Of a stretch of 64,000 nucleotides of DNA, positions 38,248 to 49,466 are shown piece by piece. This DNA is from Alphaproteobacteria bacterium. GTDB taxonomy: Bacteria > Pseudomonadota > Alphaproteobacteria > Puniceispirillales > Puniceispirillaceae. The notes under the pieces were generated by a model, which worked only from the letters and a program-made list of their open reading frames with translations, was not told the DNA's origin and did not search any database. The stretch covers positions 3,487 to 67,486 of the forward strand of contig JADHLH010000001.1 in assembly GCA_016780765.1 (NCBI GenBank), in the 5' to 3' direction. Numbering within the stretch: position 1 is the stretch's first letter; each line of letters opens with the position of its first letter. The position numbers were made by a program, and so were the translations under genes.

Positions 38248-38768
38248 TACGCCTTGCTGTCACCCGAATCATTACCGGATTCATCACCAGATGCATCATT
38301 GGCAGCTTCATCGGCCGAAGTCTCTTCAGCCGGGGCTTCCTCTGCCGGCGCTTCCTCAGCCAGGGCCTCTTCTGCTGGCGCCTCGGCAGCAGCAGCGGCT
38401 TCAGCTTCAGCAGCGGCGGCGGCGGCCTCGGCAGCTGCTTCAGCGGCTGCTTCTTCACGCTCGGCACGCTTTTTGCCAGGTGCAGATTTCTTCGGCTGCT
38501 CACGAATTTCCGGGGCCGCCATCAAACCGGCGCTTGCCAGCATTTTCTGCACACGCTCGGTCGGTTGCGCGCCCTGACCAAGCCAGTAGGCAATACGCTC
38601 GTTCTTCAATGTCAGGCGTTGGTCATGGTCTTTTGGAACCATTGGATTATAGGTGCCCACGCGCTCGACATACCGGCCATCGCGCGGTGCCGATGCCTCG
38701 GCAATAACGATGCGATAAAAAGGTCGTTTCTTCGCGCCACCACGGGCAAGTCTGATCTTCAAAGCCAT
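38247..38768 (-). CDS. rpsP: 30S ribosomal protein S16 with long Ala/Glu-rich C-terminal tail
   Basis: [23 protein letters not shown] and GAQPTERV motifs. Confidence 0.97.
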   Translation of the reverse strand: MALKIRLARGGAKKRPFYRIVIAEASAPRDGRYVERVGTYNPMVPKDHDQRLTLKNERIAYWLGQGAQPTERVQKMLASAGLMAAPEIREQPKKSAPGKKRAEREEAAAEAAAEAAAAAAEAEAAAAAEAPAEEALAEEAPAEEAPAEETSADEAANDASGDESGNDSGDSKA

Positions 38769-38804
38769 GAATTGGATTCCTTTCGCAAGCTTTGCTATAA
38801 ACGC

Positions 38805-40292
38805 TTATTTCTTCTTTCCTGATGGTTTGCCGCCAAGACCGGGAAGGCCTCCAGGCAAACCGGGCAGCCCGCCAGGACCACCCTTCATTCCATTCGGCAT
38901 TCCGCCGCCCATTCCGCCGCCCATTCCGCCAAGAGCACCGCCAAGACCGCCCATGCCACCGCCTGCCAGTGCTTTCATCATTGCCGCACCCGACTTGCCG
39001 CCAAGCTTCTTCATCATCTTGGCCATGTCCTGATATTGTTTGACCAGGCGGTTCACCTCCTGGACTGACGTGCCCGATCCGGCAGCAATTCTTTTGCGCC
39101 GCGATGCGTTCAGCAGCCCGACTGACCGGCGTTCCTTTTTCGTCATCGACAGAATAATGGCTTCCTGCCGCTTGATCATCGAATCATCAATGCCGGCAGC
39201 GGCAATCTGCTTCTGCATTTTGCCAAGGCCGGGAAGCATGCCCATAATCCCGCCAAGCCCACCCATCTTCTGTAACTGGCGAAGCTGACTCAGGAAGTCG
39301 TTCATATCGAACTGACCCTTGGCCATGCGCTTGGCCAGGCGCTCAGCCTCTTCAGCCTCGATGGTTTCGGCCGCCTTTTCGACAAGCGCGACCACGTCGC
39401 CCATATCAAGGATGCGCCCGGCCATGCGCGCCGGATCAAATTCTTCTAGCGCCTCCTGCTTTTCACCAACACCGGCATATTTGATCGGTCGTCCGGTGAT
39501 CTCGCGCATCGACAGCGCCGCACCGCCGCGCGCATCACCGTCAAGGCGAGTCAGCACGATACCTGTAATATCAACCGCATCATTAAAGGCTGCCGCTGTC
39601 GTGACAGCATCCTGACCGGTCATCGCATCAGCGACGAGCAGGATTTCATGCGGATTGGTCAGCGCCTTGATCTCGCGCAGTTCGGCCATCAATCCTTCAT
39701 CGATGGTGACCCGGCCAGCGGTATCAAGAATCACCACATCAAAGCCCTGCAGGCTGGCCGCCTGAAGCGCACGCTTGGCAATCTGTGCAGGCGATTCGCG
39801 GTCGGCCTCGGGCAGCACCCCGACCTCGGCCTGTTCACCAAGAACACGCAGCTGTTCACGTGCTGCCGGGCGTGTCACATCAAGCGAGGCGAGCATCACC
39901 TTCTTGCGCTCTTTCGTGCGCAGGCGCAGTGCCAGCTTGCCAGCGGTTGTTGTCTTGCCCGATCCCTGCAGGCCCGCCATCAGGATGACCGCTGGTGGAT
40001 TGACCGCGACATTCAGCGGTGCTGCCTCGCCGCCCAGCACATCCACCAGAACGTCATTGACGATCTTGATGACCTGCTGGTCGGGGCGAACCGCTTTCAG
40101 AACCTCGACACCAACCGCCTGTTCGCGAACCCGCGACATAAAGCTTTTGACAACAGGAAGAGCGACATCGGCATCAAGCAGGGCAAGCCGCACCTCGCGC
40201 AACGCGGCATCAACATCCGCCTCGCGCAGTGCGCCCCGTTTGCCAAGTCCGCTAAAGACGTCCTGGAGTTTGTCTTTCAGGCTGTCGAACAT
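38805..40292 (-). CDS. ffh: Signal recognition particle protein Ffh
   Basis: GLQGSGKTTT, DTAGR, DGDARGGAALS and the M domain (SRRKRIAAGSG). Confidence 0.98.
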   Translation of the reverse strand: MFDSLKDKLQDVFSGLGKRGALREADVDAALREVRLALLDADVALPVVKSFMSRVREQAVGVEVLKAVRPDQQVIKIVNDVLVDVLGGEAAPLNVAVNPPAVILMAGLQGSGKTTTAGKLALRLRTKERKKVMLASLDVTRPAAREQLRVLGEQAEVGVLPEADRESPAQIAKRALQAASLQGFDVVILDTAGRVTIDEGLMAELREIKALTNPHEILLVADAMTGQDAVTTAAAFNDAVDITGIVLTRLDGDARGGAALSMREITGRPIKYAGVGEKQEALEEFDPARMAGRILDMGDVVALVEKAAETIEAEEAERLAKRMAKGQFDMNDFLSQLRQLQKMGGLGGIMGMLPGLGKMQKQIAAAGIDDSMIKRQEAIILSMTKKERRSVGLLNASRRKRIAAGSGTSVQEVNRLVKQYQDMAKMMKKLGGKSGAAMMKALAGGGMGGLGGALGGMGGGMGGGMPNGMKGGPGGLPGLPGGLPGLGGKPSGKKK

Positions 40293-40359
40293 CCTGTGTC
40301 TGGCCCGCTACCACTATTGTGTTTACTGTTGCGTTTACATCCATCACATCAAACCTGCT

Positions 40360-40422
40360 GACACGCACCTGTGGCACCCGTGCTCGAAACCTTCAAGGAC
40401 GGATGGAACCCGCTAGGGTCGC
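40360..40422 (-). ncRNA. Probable ffh leader RNA motif (alphaproteobacterial cis element)
   Basis: The minus strand reads GACCC...CCTTGAAGG...CACAGGTGCG ~70-130 nt upstream of ffh, matching the position and my recollection of the Rfam ffh motif; not verified with a covariance model. Confidence 0.45.
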
Positions 40423-40490
40423 TGCAGCCGGGAATGGCATGATATGGATGGGTTGTTGCGCTTTTTCGCCTGACTTGTCAAGAATGGGAG

Positions 40491-41276
40491 ATGTTTTTTG
40501 TCCTTTCAAAGCTGCTGGCAATTTTTTTCGAACCTCTGGCGCATCCCTACATCCTGTTGGTTCTTGCGGGCGTTGCCCGGCTGATCAAGCGCCGACGACT
40601 TGTCAGGGTGTGTCTGGCAAGCGCGATCATTCTGCCGCTTGCCTATGGCTTTCTGCCGCTATCAGAAGCACCGCTTCGCTATCTTGAGAATCGCTATCCG
40701 ATACCTGACCTTGCCAACAGGCAGATTGACGGGATCGTTGTGCTTGGCGGGCATGTGGCATCAGGACTGGTTTCGGCAGCCCGAAATCAACCACAACAAG
40801 GCCCTGCGGCCGAGCGTTTGACCCAGGGGCTGGCATTGTTGCAACGCCATCCCGACGCCATGCTGATCCTGTCAGGCAGGTCGGGAAAACTGCGCCATAA
40901 AGGCTGGACCGAAGACGAAATCACACGCCGCCTGATCGAAGATCTTGGCCTATCGCAGATCAACATCATCTACGAAAATGTCAGTCAAAACACCTTTCAG
41001 AATGCTGTTGAAAGCCTTGAGCGCGCGGTGCCACAGCCCGGAAGCAACTGGGTTCTTGTCACCTCGGCAGCCCATATGCCGCGCGCGATGGGTGCCTTTG
41101 CGGCGGCAGGCTGGGGGCCTGTCATCGCCTATCCGACCGATTTTCGGACCACGCCCGGCATCAGTGGCCTTTTTTCAATGCGGGAGGGCTTTTCGGCTGT
41201 TCGGAAATGGCTGCATGAAGGGGCGGGCCTTACCGCCTATTGGCTGACCGGACGCAGTGACCGCCTCTTGCCCTGA
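40491..41276 (+). CDS. YdcF/DUF218 (ElyC/SanA-like) envelope protein
   Basis: Two N-terminal TM segments, IVVLGG, ER, SQNTFQNA and LVTSAAHMPRA...HE motifs. Confidence 0.88.
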   Translation: MFFVLSKLLAIFFEPLAHPYILLVLAGVARLIKRRRLVRVCLASAIILPLAYGFLPLSEAPLRYLENRYPIPDLANRQIDGIVVLGGHVASGLVSAARNQPQQGPAAERLTQGLALLQRHPDAMLILSGRSGKLRHKGWTEDEITRRLIEDLGLSQINIIYENVSQNTFQNAVESLERAVPQPGSNWVLVTSAAHMPRAMGAFAAAGWGPVIAYPTDFRTTPGISGLFSMREGFSAVRKWLHEGAGLTAYWLTGRSDRLLP

Positions 41277-41306
41277 AAGGGCATTTCTGAGCGAGACTAT
41301 TCCAGC

Positions 41307-42227
41307 TCACTCCTCAGACACACCGGCGAGGGCATTGGCGAAATCACGGGCCTCGAACGGTTGCAGGTCATCCGCGCCCTCACCAACACCGACAGCATGG
41401 ACCGGCAGGCCAAACGCTTCGGCAAGCGCAATAACGACGCCGCCCTTGGCAGACCCGTCAAGCTTGGTGACGATCAAGCCGCTGACATCAGCCACCTCGC
41501 GGAAGGCGCTGACCTGCGAGATTGCATTCTGGCCGACAGTGCCATCCAGCACGATGACGGAATCATGCGGCGCGGTATCATCCAGCTTGCGAATGACGCG
41601 CACAATCTTTGACAATTCATCCATCAATTCGCTGCGATTCTGTAACCGGCCAGCTGTGTCGATGATCAGAATATCGGTGCCATCGGCGCGGGATTGTTCC
41701 AGCGCCTGATAGGCCAGCGCCGCAGCATCACCGCCCTGCGTTCCCGCCACAACTGCTGTTCCTGTGCGCTCACCCCAGATCTTCAGCTGGTCAATCGCCG
41801 CCGCGCGAAACGTGTCACCCGCGGCAAGCGTTACCTTCTTTCCGGCTTGAACCCATTGCTGGGCCAGCTTGCCGGCGGTTGTCGTCTTGCCTGACCCGTT
41901 GACACCAACAAGAAGGACCACATGCGGGCGGTGCGTTTCGTCGGGCAGCAGAGGCTGCGCGACCGGGGCCAGAATGTCGGTAATTCCATCGGACAGCGCA
42001 GCCGCCAGTGCCGATGCGCTCACCTCACCCTCAAACTTGTGCTTGCGCATGCGCTCAGCCAGCTCTGCTGCAGCGGCAGTGCCAAGATCAGCGCTGATCA
42101 ACGCATCCTCGACCTCTTCAAGCGAGGCCGCATCAATTCCCTTGCGCCCGAGAACAGCCCCCAGCGAAGCGGTAACACGGGCGCTGGTCTTGCCAAGGCC
42201 GGATTTGAGTTTTTTAAGCCAGCTCAT
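41307..42227 (-). CDS. ftsY: SRP receptor FtsY (short form without acidic domain)
   Basis: [23 protein letters not shown] and [10 protein letters not shown] motifs. Confidence 0.97.
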   Translation of the reverse strand: MSWLKKLKSGLGKTSARVTASLGAVLGRKGIDAASLEEVEDALISADLGTAAAAELAERMRKHKFEGEVSASALAAALSDGITDILAPVAQPLLPDETHRPHVVLLVGVNGSGKTTTAGKLAQQWVQAGKKVTLAAGDTFRAAAIDQLKIWGERTGTAVVAGTQGGDAAALAYQALEQSRADGTDILIIDTAGRLQNRSELMDELSKIVRVIRKLDDTAPHDSVIVLDGTVGQNAISQVSAFREVADVSGLIVTKLDGSAKGGVVIALAEAFGLPVHAVGVGEGADDLQPFEARDFANALAGVSEE

Positions 42228-42264
42228 CCTGCCGCCTTTCAAAGGTAGCGATCATCAATTCCGG

Positions 42265-43530
42265 TCAGCCAATCTGCTCGACAATCAATATATCGTCATC
42301 TCGCCCGTTGATCTTTACGTCAAGCAAGGCCCCGCGGTCGATGAAATCACCTTGCAGGCGCATTTTTGCATAATTTCGCCCATGCCCGCTATTTCCGCCC
42401 TCGACCAGCATCTGATCAAGACTGCCGACGGCATTATCCAGAAACTGTTGCATACGAATGGTGCCATCTTCGCGCAGTTCACGCGCCCGGCGACGGATCG
42501 TGTCACCGTCAATCTGGCGCATGCGCGCGGCAGGTGTGCCCGTGCGCGGTGAAAAAGGAAATACATGCAGATATGTAATGCCCGCCCGGTGGATCATCTG
42601 ACGTGTTGCATTGTGGGCATCCTCGGTCTCGGTCGGGAAGCCGGCAATAATGTCAGCGCCAAACACGATATCAGGCCGCCGCCGGCGTGCCTCGTCGCAA
42701 AAGCGGATGACATCACGCGCCAGATGACGACGCTTCATCTGCTTTAGTACCAGATCATCGCCATGCTGTGCCGACAGATGAAGATGCGGCATCAAACGGT
42801 CATCATCGCCAAGCACCGCCATCAGCCTGACATCGGGTTCTGCCGGATCAATCGAAGAGAGCCGCAGACGCTGCAGCCCCGACACCCGTGACAACAGAGC
42901 CTGCACCAGATCGCCAAGCCGCGGGCGGCCCGGCAAGTCAGACCCCCATGACGTAATATCAACACCCGTCAGCACCACTTCCACACTGCCGCCATCGACC
43001 AGCTGCTGCGCCGCGTCGATGATCTGCGTCAGGCCTGCTGACCGGTTATTGCCCCGGCCATAAGGAATGATGCAAAACGTGCATCTGTGATCACACCCCT
43101 GCTGGATCTGCAGAAAGCCGCGGGTATGGGCATGAAACCCGTCCATCATGTGCGTCGCCATTTCGCGTACCGCCATCACATCACTGACGAATATGGCCTC
43201 GCACCCCTCGGCAACAGACATCCACGCAGCCTGTGACAGTTTATCGTGATTGCCGATCACATGATCCACTTCAGCCATCGATGACCAGCTGTCGGGCGCG
43301 ATCTGGGCCGCACAACCGGTGACCACAATCTGTGCATCCGGATTGTCACGGCGGGCCCGGCGAATGGCCTGACGCGCCTGGCGTTCAGCCTCTGCCGTGA
43401 CAGCGCAGGTGTTGAAGATGATCGCATTGTTCAGACCGGCATTGCCAGCGTGATCACGCACAACCTCGGATTCCCATATATTCAGGCGGCACCCGAAGGT
43501 CTCGACATGTGGCGCGTTGCGCTCAGCCAT
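42265..43530 (-). CDS. mtaB: tRNA t6A methylthiotransferase (radical SAM)
   Basis: TFGCRLN, NTCAVT and CDHRCTFC motifs; dapF-mtaB-ftsY synteny. Confidence 0.92.
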   Translation of the reverse strand: MAERNAPHVETFGCRLNIWESEVVRDHAGNAGLNNAIIFNTCAVTAEAERQARQAIRRARRDNPDAQIVVTGCAAQIAPDSWSSMAEVDHVIGNHDKLSQAAWMSVAEGCEAIFVSDVMAVREMATHMMDGFHAHTRGFLQIQQGCDHRCTFCIIPYGRGNNRSAGLTQIIDAAQQLVDGGSVEVVLTGVDITSWGSDLPGRPRLGDLVQALLSRVSGLQRLRLSSIDPAEPDVRLMAVLGDDDRLMPHLHLSAQHGDDLVLKQMKRRHLARDVIRFCDEARRRRPDIVFGADIIAGFPTETEDAHNATRQMIHRAGITYLHVFPFSPRTGTPAARMRQIDGDTIRRRARELREDGTIRMQQFLDNAVGSLDQMLVEGGNSGHGRNYAKMRLQGDFIDRGALLDVKINGRDDDILIVEQIG

Positions 43531-44413
43531 TGTCCGCCTCCAGCAGCGCTGTAATTTCGGCTGACAGCTGGCCAGTCGCGACATAAGACACCGGGCCCGT
43601 CATCAGAACATGACTGGTGTCTCGGTTCCAGCTGATGGTCACTGCCCCGCCATCCATAACGATCCTGTTCTCGTCCTCTCCCAGCCCGCGGCGCGCAATG
43701 GCAACACCGCTGGCACAGGCCCCGCTGCCGCATGCCATTGTTATACCAACACCGCGTTCCCACACCCGCATTCTGAAGCTGCCATCATCACGGCGGCTGA
43801 CCACCGACAGATTGACCCGGTCAGGGAATAGCGACGCCGTCTCGACCAGCGGACCAATTCTTTCAATGTCCACGCGCTCGGCATCATCGACAAACACCAC
43901 AGCATGCGGATTGCCAAGCGAGTGACAGACAGCATCAAGACCGCCATAATCAAGACTACTATAATCAAGACCGGCCATATCAAGACCGGCCATATCAAGT
44001 GGCACATGCAATGTGTCCGCCGCACTGGCCAATGGCACATCCTGCCAGTTTGTTTTCACCGGGCCCATATCGACGGCGATCTCGCCATCCGCCGCGCGCC
44101 AGGCTGTCAGTATCCCGCCATCAGTTTCGATCTCTATCCGGTCCTGCTGCAATTGATGCATCATCATGTCGGCGACGCAGCGCGTACCATTTCCGCAGGC
44201 CCCTGAAGGTGATCCGTCCTGATTCAGGATATCCATACGCAGGTCAGCTGTATCACAGGCGCGCAGCACAAGAATCTGGTCGCACCCGATCCCGAGGCGC
44301 CTGTCAGCAAGCCGACGCGCCGCTGCTTCCGGCACTTTGCGACGGCGATCATCACGCCAGTCGAGAATGACAAAGTCATTCCCCAGCCCGTGCATTTTGG
44401 CAAACTTGTTCAT
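43523..44413 (-). CDS. dapF: Diaminopimelate epimerase
   Basis: KMHGLGNDF, CGNGTRC, GNPH and ERGVG.TMACGSG motifs. Confidence 0.97.
   Translation of the reverse strand: MNKFAKMHGLGNDFVILDWRDDRRRKVPEAAARRLADRRLGIGCDQILVLRACDTADLRMDILNQDGSPSGACGNGTRCVADMMMHQLQQDRIEIETDGGILTAWRAADGEIAVDMGPVKTNWQDVPLASAADTLHVPLDMAGLDMAGLDYSSLDYGGLDAVCHSLGNPHAVVFVDDAERVDIERIGPLVETASLFPDRVNLSVVSRRDDGSFRMRVWERGVGITMACGSGACASGVAIARRGLGEDENRIVMDGGAVTISWNRDTSHVLMTGPVSYVATGQLSAEITALLEADNG
43934..43999. repeat. 15-bp tandem repeat (~4.4 copies) inside dapF
   Basis: ATCAAGACCGCCATA / ATCAAGACTACTATA / ATCAAGACCGGCCAT x2 / ATCAAG, encoding LDMAG-LDMAG-LDYSS-LDYGG-LD. Confidence 0.92.
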
Positions 44414-44461
44414 GCCGCAGCCTATACGCCAATTCCCGCTGAATGGGAAGATGGCAGGGGA

Positions 44462-45241
44462 TCAGAGATCGATGACCACAGGTGCATGATCCGAAGGTTT
44501 CTCGGCACCGCGCATATCACTGTGAATAGTGACATCTGTCACGCCAGCTGCCAGATCGCGGCTTGTCCAGATATGGTCAAGGCGCCGGCCACGGTTGCTT
44601 GCTGCCCAGTCACGCGCGCGGTACGACCACCATGAATACAGCACCTCATCATCGCCAAAGTGCTGGCGTACTACATCTGACCAGCCACCATCATTGATCA
44701 GCCGCAGCAATCCGTCGCGCTCAATGTCTGTATGGCTGACGACATTCTTCAGCTGTTTTGTTGACCACACATCCTCAGCAAGCGGGGCGATATTCAAATC
44801 ACCAACAAGAATCGATCTCTGCGGCTTGTTCTGCGAAAAATACGCTGTCATCTCGGCAATGAAGTCCAGCTTGTGACCGAATTTGGGGTTTTCGTCGCGG
44901 TCAGGCACATCACCACCTGCCGGCACATAGAAATTGTGAACCTTGATCCCGTTGGCCGTGGTGGCGCTGATATGGCGGCAATCCTCGCGCCCGGCCCAGT
45001 CCATATGCCCACTGTCAGACAGTGGTTCACGGGCAATGATCGCAACACCATTATAGCTTTTTTCACCGCGGATGGCGTGATGCGCCCAGCCTGCCTCAAT
45101 CAAGGCATCAGCTGGAAAATGCGCGTCCTCGGTTTTTGTTTCCTGCAGGCACAGCACATCGACATCAGCAGATTTCAGAAACGCGGTAACCAGATCGATC
45201 CGCAGACGGACCGAGTTGATATTCCATGTGGCAAGTCGCAT
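44462..45241 (-). CDS. xth: Exodeoxyribonuclease III
   Basis: TWNINS, LQETK, GDLNIAP, RLDH and SDHAPV motifs. Confidence 0.95.
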   Translation of the reverse strand: MRLATWNINSVRLRIDLVTAFLKSADVDVLCLQETKTEDAHFPADALIEAGWAHHAIRGEKSYNGVAIIAREPLSDSGHMDWAGREDCRHISATTANGIKVHNFYVPAGGDVPDRDENPKFGHKLDFIAEMTAYFSQNKPQRSILVGDLNIAPLAEDVWSTKQLKNVVSHTDIERDGLLRLINDGGWSDVVRQHFGDDEVLYSWWSYRARDWAASNRGRRLDHIWTSRDLAAGVTDVTIHSDMRGAEKPSDHAPVVIDL

Positions 45242-45268
45242 AGCTATGTCCTGTAATGCAGCGGGGGT

Positions 45269-45883
45269 TTAATTGCTGCCTGTCGGCGTGTAGTCAGGTC
45301 GCGCAAACATCTTGTTTTCATATTGATGTCCAAACCGCATGTTCTGCAGCGTCACCGTCGTGGTGACATCAGCTGCATCGCGAATGGTCCATTTGCGCAA
45401 CACGAACGGTTTTTCGGTGAATTCGAGTGTCAGCTCGCCCGCGGCCTCACCTGTCTCCTTGGCCAGCATAACCCGTACAATCCCGTTCTGAACATTACTG
45501 GATGTTGTGAATTCGTCAGAGCGCAGGCGCACATCTTTTTTCAACAGCAACGACAGCGGCGTCTCACTGATCGGATAGCTGGTCACTGTCTTGTCATTCG
45601 GACGATCAACATGGATCCAGATACGGGTGGTCAGCAGGATCAGCGGCTCCTCCAGATCATAGACAATCTTCATCTGGTGCGGCCGGCGAAGGTGGATTAC
45701 CCCGCTGGCAGTCGTACCGTCAGATGCCACCTGAATGAAATCAGCCTGCATGGTGCTGATCCCGTTGAACCAGTCCTCAGCCTCGCTTACAACATCGGCG
45801 TGGGCCATTCCAGGCAGGGCCAGCACAATAAAGGACAGCGCTGCAGCCAGCCATGCCACCATCTTTTTCAGATATAAATGCAT
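45269..45883 (-). CDS. lolA: Outer-membrane lipoprotein carrier LolA family
   Basis: Signal peptide (AHA cleavage), ADFIQ, RP motif, TPL; directly downstream of ftsK. Confidence 0.85.
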   Translation of the reverse strand: MHLYLKKMVAWLAAALSFIVLALPGMAHADVVSEAEDWFNGISTMQADFIQVASDGTTASGVIHLRRPHQMKIVYDLEEPLILLTTRIWIHVDRPNDKTVTSYPISETPLSLLLKKDVRLRSDEFTTSSNVQNGIVRVMLAKETGEAAGELTLEFTEKPFVLRKWTIRDAADVTTTVTLQNMRFGHQYENKMFARPDYTPTGSN

Positions 45884-48238
45884 CTAGCTGGCACCTTCGT
45901 CACTTATAAGAACCTCTCGTTTGCCAACATGGTTTGCCGCGCTGATCACGCCATTCCGTTCCATCTCTTCGATGATGGTGGCCGCCCTGTTATACCCTAT
46001 CTTAAGATGACGCTGGACAAAACTGGTGGATGCTTTCTGTTCACGCACAACAAGCTGCACTGCCTGGTCATACAGGCTGTTACCGCCGCCAGCTTCAAGC
46101 AGATCGCCGGTACTGCCAGACAGCTCGCCGGTATCTTCGCTGACCACCTTCTCGTCATATTCGGGGGCACCCTGTTTGCGCAGGAAATTGGCGACAGCCT
46201 CAACCTCGCTGTCGTCAACAAACGGGCCGTGAACCCGCATGACCCGGCCACCGCCTTCCATGAACAGCATGTCACCCCGCCCAAGCAGCTGTTCGGCACC
46301 CTGTTCACCCAGAATTGTGCGGCTGTCGATCCGCGACGTGACCTGAAAACTGATGCGGGTGGGAAAATTCGCCTTGATCGTGCCAGTAATCACATCCACT
46401 GACGGGCGCTGCGTTGCCATGATCACATGAATGCCTGCCGCGCGTGCCATCTGTGCAAGGCGCTGCACAGCGCCCTCAATCTCCTTGCCAGCAACCAGCA
46501 TCAGATCAGCCACCTCGTCGATCACCACAACAATGAAGGGCAGGGGCGTCAGATCAAGGATTTCCTCTTCATGGACAGGCCGGCCGGTTTCAGCATCGAA
46601 TCCGGTCTGCACGCGGCGCGTCAGTACCTCGCCATCCTTTCGTGCCTCGGCAAGGCGTGCATTGTAGCCGGCAATATTGCGCACCCCCAGCTTGGCCATG
46701 TTGCGGTACCGCGTTTCCATCTCGCGCACCGCCCATTTCAGGGCAGTAACCGCCTTCGACGGATCAGTGACCACCGGGCTCAAGAGATGCGGGATCCCGT
46801 CATACACCGACAGCTCCAGCATCTTTGGATCAATCATGATCATCCGGCAGCTTTCCGGCGTGTGGCGATACAGCAGCGAAAGGATCATCGCATTGATACC
46901 GACTGATTTACCAGACCCGGTTGTGCCCGCGACCAGCAGATGCGGCATGCGGGCCAGATCAACCACGACCGGCGCACCAGCGATATCCTTGCCAAGCGCC
47001 ATTGGCAGATCGCCGTCATTCTCTACCCAGACCTCGTGATCCAGAATTTCCCGCAAGACGACAATCTGGCGATCAGGATTCGGCAGCTCGATCCCTATGA
47101 CATTCTGGCCGGGCACACCTGCCACACGCACTGACACCGCGCTCATTGACCGGGCAATATCATCAGCAAGCGAAATCACCCGTTGCGAGCGCGTGCCGGG
47201 GGCTGGTTCCAGATCATATCGCGTGACCACCGGCCCATAGCGCGAATCCGTGATGGTGCCTTTGACACTGAAGTCTTTCAGCACGCCTTCCAGCTCTGCC
47301 GCCGTATCATCAAGGGCCTGCCGTGACGGGCCAGATGCCGCTTTCTTTGGCGTGGTAAGCAGGCGGCCCGGCGGCAGGCTGAACTGACCATCGCCCCCAA
47401 AATTGAGGCGTTCCTGATTCCCGCGTGCGGCTTTGGCTGGTGCGGGGCTATCCGCTGCCTCACGCCCCAGAAGTGAAGGTTCCTGACGCTTTCTCGACGC
47501 TTTGCGCCGTGGCTTTTTGGCTGTTTTTTCGTCACTGGCAGATGCTGATTCAGGCTCGGGTTCGGTCAGGGTCAGCGCATCTTCAATGCCCAAATCATCA
47601 TGGGCTGAAGCTGATGAAGGCCGGCGACGCACCAGCGCCGCAACGCCGCGTACCGGTGCCAAAATCAAGCCAAGCTGCCGCCGCGAAACAGTTGCGCACC
47701 ATACCCACAGGATAATGCCCAGAAACGTAACCCCGACCCCGAAATAATGCGGCATCGAAATACCAAGCAATGGCTCCAGCTGCGGTAAATTCTGCAAGGC
47801 CAGACCAGCCATCACAACGCCGGCAGCGCCGCCAAACGACACACCGGCACTACCACCAAGGGCCTGAAAACCGGTTGCCAGACACAAAATACCCACCGGG
47901 GCCAGAAACAGGCGTACCAGTTTTTTCGATACATCATGCTTGCGCAGCATGCGGTACCCCCAGAATACCGGCAGCAGTGTGACAAACAGGCTGGCCGTCC
48001 CCACTGCCGTGCGCAACGCGCCGGTAACGCCCGCGCCAACAGGGCCAAACCAGTTTTGCACCGGCCCGTCTGAATAGGCGCTGAGCGAGGGATCAAATCG
48101 TCCGGGCGAAAAGAACATGGCTGTCAGGGCAAGGCCTGTCAGAATCACCAGCAAACCAGCCAGTTCCAGCAGACGACGCTGGAAGAAGGCCCGCAAGGCT
48201 GGCGACAGGAATGACTTTTTCTGATCCGGATCGACCAT
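45884..48238 (-). CDS. ftsK: DNA translocase FtsK
   Basis: N-terminal TM domain, [23 protein letters not shown] and the gamma domain (IGYNRAA); start refined to 48238. Confidence 0.97.
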   Translation of the reverse strand: MVDPDQKKSFLSPALRAFFQRRLLELAGLLVILTGLALTAMFFSPGRFDPSLSAYSDGPVQNWFGPVGAGVTGALRTAVGTASLFVTLLPVFWGYRMLRKHDVSKKLVRLFLAPVGILCLATGFQALGGSAGVSFGGAAGVVMAGLALQNLPQLEPLLGISMPHYFGVGVTFLGIILWVWCATVSRRQLGLILAPVRGVAALVRRRPSSASAHDDLGIEDALTLTEPEPESASASDEKTAKKPRRKASRKRQEPSLLGREAADSPAPAKAARGNQERLNFGGDGQFSLPPGRLLTTPKKAASGPSRQALDDTAAELEGVLKDFSVKGTITDSRYGPVVTRYDLEPAPGTRSQRVISLADDIARSMSAVSVRVAGVPGQNVIGIELPNPDRQIVVLREILDHEVWVENDGDLPMALGKDIAGAPVVVDLARMPHLLVAGTTGSGKSVGINAMILSLLYRHTPESCRMIMIDPKMLELSVYDGIPHLLSPVVTDPSKAVTALKWAVREMETRYRNMAKLGVRNIAGYNARLAEARKDGEVLTRRVQTGFDAETGRPVHEEEILDLTPLPFIVVVIDEVADLMLVAGKEIEGAVQRLAQMARAAGIHVIMATQRPSVDVITGTIKANFPTRISFQVTSRIDSRTILGEQGAEQLLGRGDMLFMEGGGRVMRVHGPFVDDSEVEAVANFLRKQGAPEYDEKVVSEDTGELSGSTGDLLEAGGGNSLYDQAVQLVVREQKASTSFVQRHLKIGYNRAATIIEEMERNGVISAANHVGKREVLISDEGAS

Positions 48239-48251
48239 GGGCGCTGTGCTA

Positions 48252-49466
48252 TTATCCGTCCTGCCCGGCAGCTTCGCGAACACGCGCGACGCGTTGCAGG
48301 CTTTCCTCGGTGCGTTGATGGTCCTGCACAAGCGCCAGGCGCACATAGCCCGCGCCCGGATTCACGCCATCTGATATTTCCGCCATATAGCTTCCCGGCA
48401 TGGCTCGCACCGCCTGTTCCTGCATCAAACGCCTCACAAAGGCCTGATCATCGCCAACGCGCAGCCACAAGAAAAAGCCACCCTGCGGTGCCTTTATTCC
48501 CAGATGGCGACTGGCAAGATCAAAGCTATGGTCATAATGCGCCCGAATTGCGGCAACGTGGTCGTCATCATCATACAGATCGGCAGCGGCAAACAACAAC
48601 GGCGTTGGCACCAGTGACCCGGTATTCGCCACAACCTTTGCATAGAGCGCGATCACAGACGCATCACCAATGATGAAGCCGGCGCGCAGGCCGGCAGCGC
48701 TTGACCGCTTTGACAATGAATTCAGGACAACAAGGTTGCGCAGCGGATCGAGATCCTGGTCACCTTCTTCGATATGCAGGCTGGCCGCTGCATCAAGCGC
48801 ACCCGCCGACGGTGTTCCGCGCCAGATATCGCTGTAACACTCATCCATAACCAACAGGAAATCATGCGCGCGGGCAAGCCGGATGGCAGATTTGATCTGC
48901 TCCAGCGTCATCACCTCGCCCTGCGGGTTGGTCGGACTGCACAGATAGGCAAGTGTTGTGCGATCAAGGGTGGCGGCAGGCAGGCAGGCCAGATCAGGCA
49001 CAAATCCGTTTTCTGGCGTGCTGTTCATATATTGAATTGTGGCACCGGATGCCAACGCGCCAGCGCGCCAGGCGTGATAAAACGGGTTGGTAACCAGCGC
49101 CACAGCATTATCCTTTGTGCCGCGCACCAATCCGCCAATCAGCCCCAGGGGTTCGCGCGTGCCGGGTACAGGCAGCATCTGCCTGTCAAGATCCACAAGC
49201 CCGCCCGCAGATGGCCAGCGTCGGGCTATATAACGGTCAATCGCGGTGGTAAATACTGGATGGCCCGCTGCCTTGGGATAATATTGCCAGGCATCATTGT
49301 GACGCGTGACGCTGTTTTCCAGCAATGAGCCACCGGTGACCTGCGGTTCACCAATCGACAAATCAAGCATGTCCATGCCGGTTGGTGCTGACACATCCGC
49401 CAGCAGGCCACGCATCTGCACAAACATATTGCCGTCAAACAATGCATATTCGGGATTCAGTTTCAT
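48252..49466 (-). CDS. Class I/II PLP aminotransferase (DapC-like)
   Basis: [26 protein letters not shown] and SLSKRS..GLR (PLP Lys) motifs. Confidence 0.85.
   Translation of the reverse strand: MKLNPEYALFDGNMFVQMRGLLADVSAPTGMDMLDLSIGEPQVTGGSLLENSVTRHNDAWQYYPKAAGHPVFTTAIDRYIARRWPSAGGLVDLDRQMLPVPGTREPLGLIGGLVRGTKDNAVALVTNPFYHAWRAGALASGATIQYMNSTPENGFVPDLACLPAATLDRTTLAYLCSPTNPQGEVMTLEQIKSAIRLARAHDFLLVMDECYSDIWRGTPSAGALDAAASLHIEEGDQDLDPLRNLVVLNSLSKRSSAAGLRAGFIIGDASVIALYAKVVANTGSLVPTPLLFAAADLYDDDDHVAAIRAHYDHSFDLASRHLGIKAPQGGFFLWLRVGDDQAFVRRLMQEQAVRAMPGSYMAEISDGVNPGAGYVRLALVQDHQRTEESLQRVARVREAAGQDG

Noticed and set aside
37408-38577. 389-aa plus-strand ORF
   Set aside because: Antisense to trmD-rimM-rpsP; its low-complexity part mirrors the S16 tail.
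38805-38965. Gly/Met-rich repeats at the Ffh C-terminus
   Set aside because: Common in alphaproteobacterial Ffh; not unusual.
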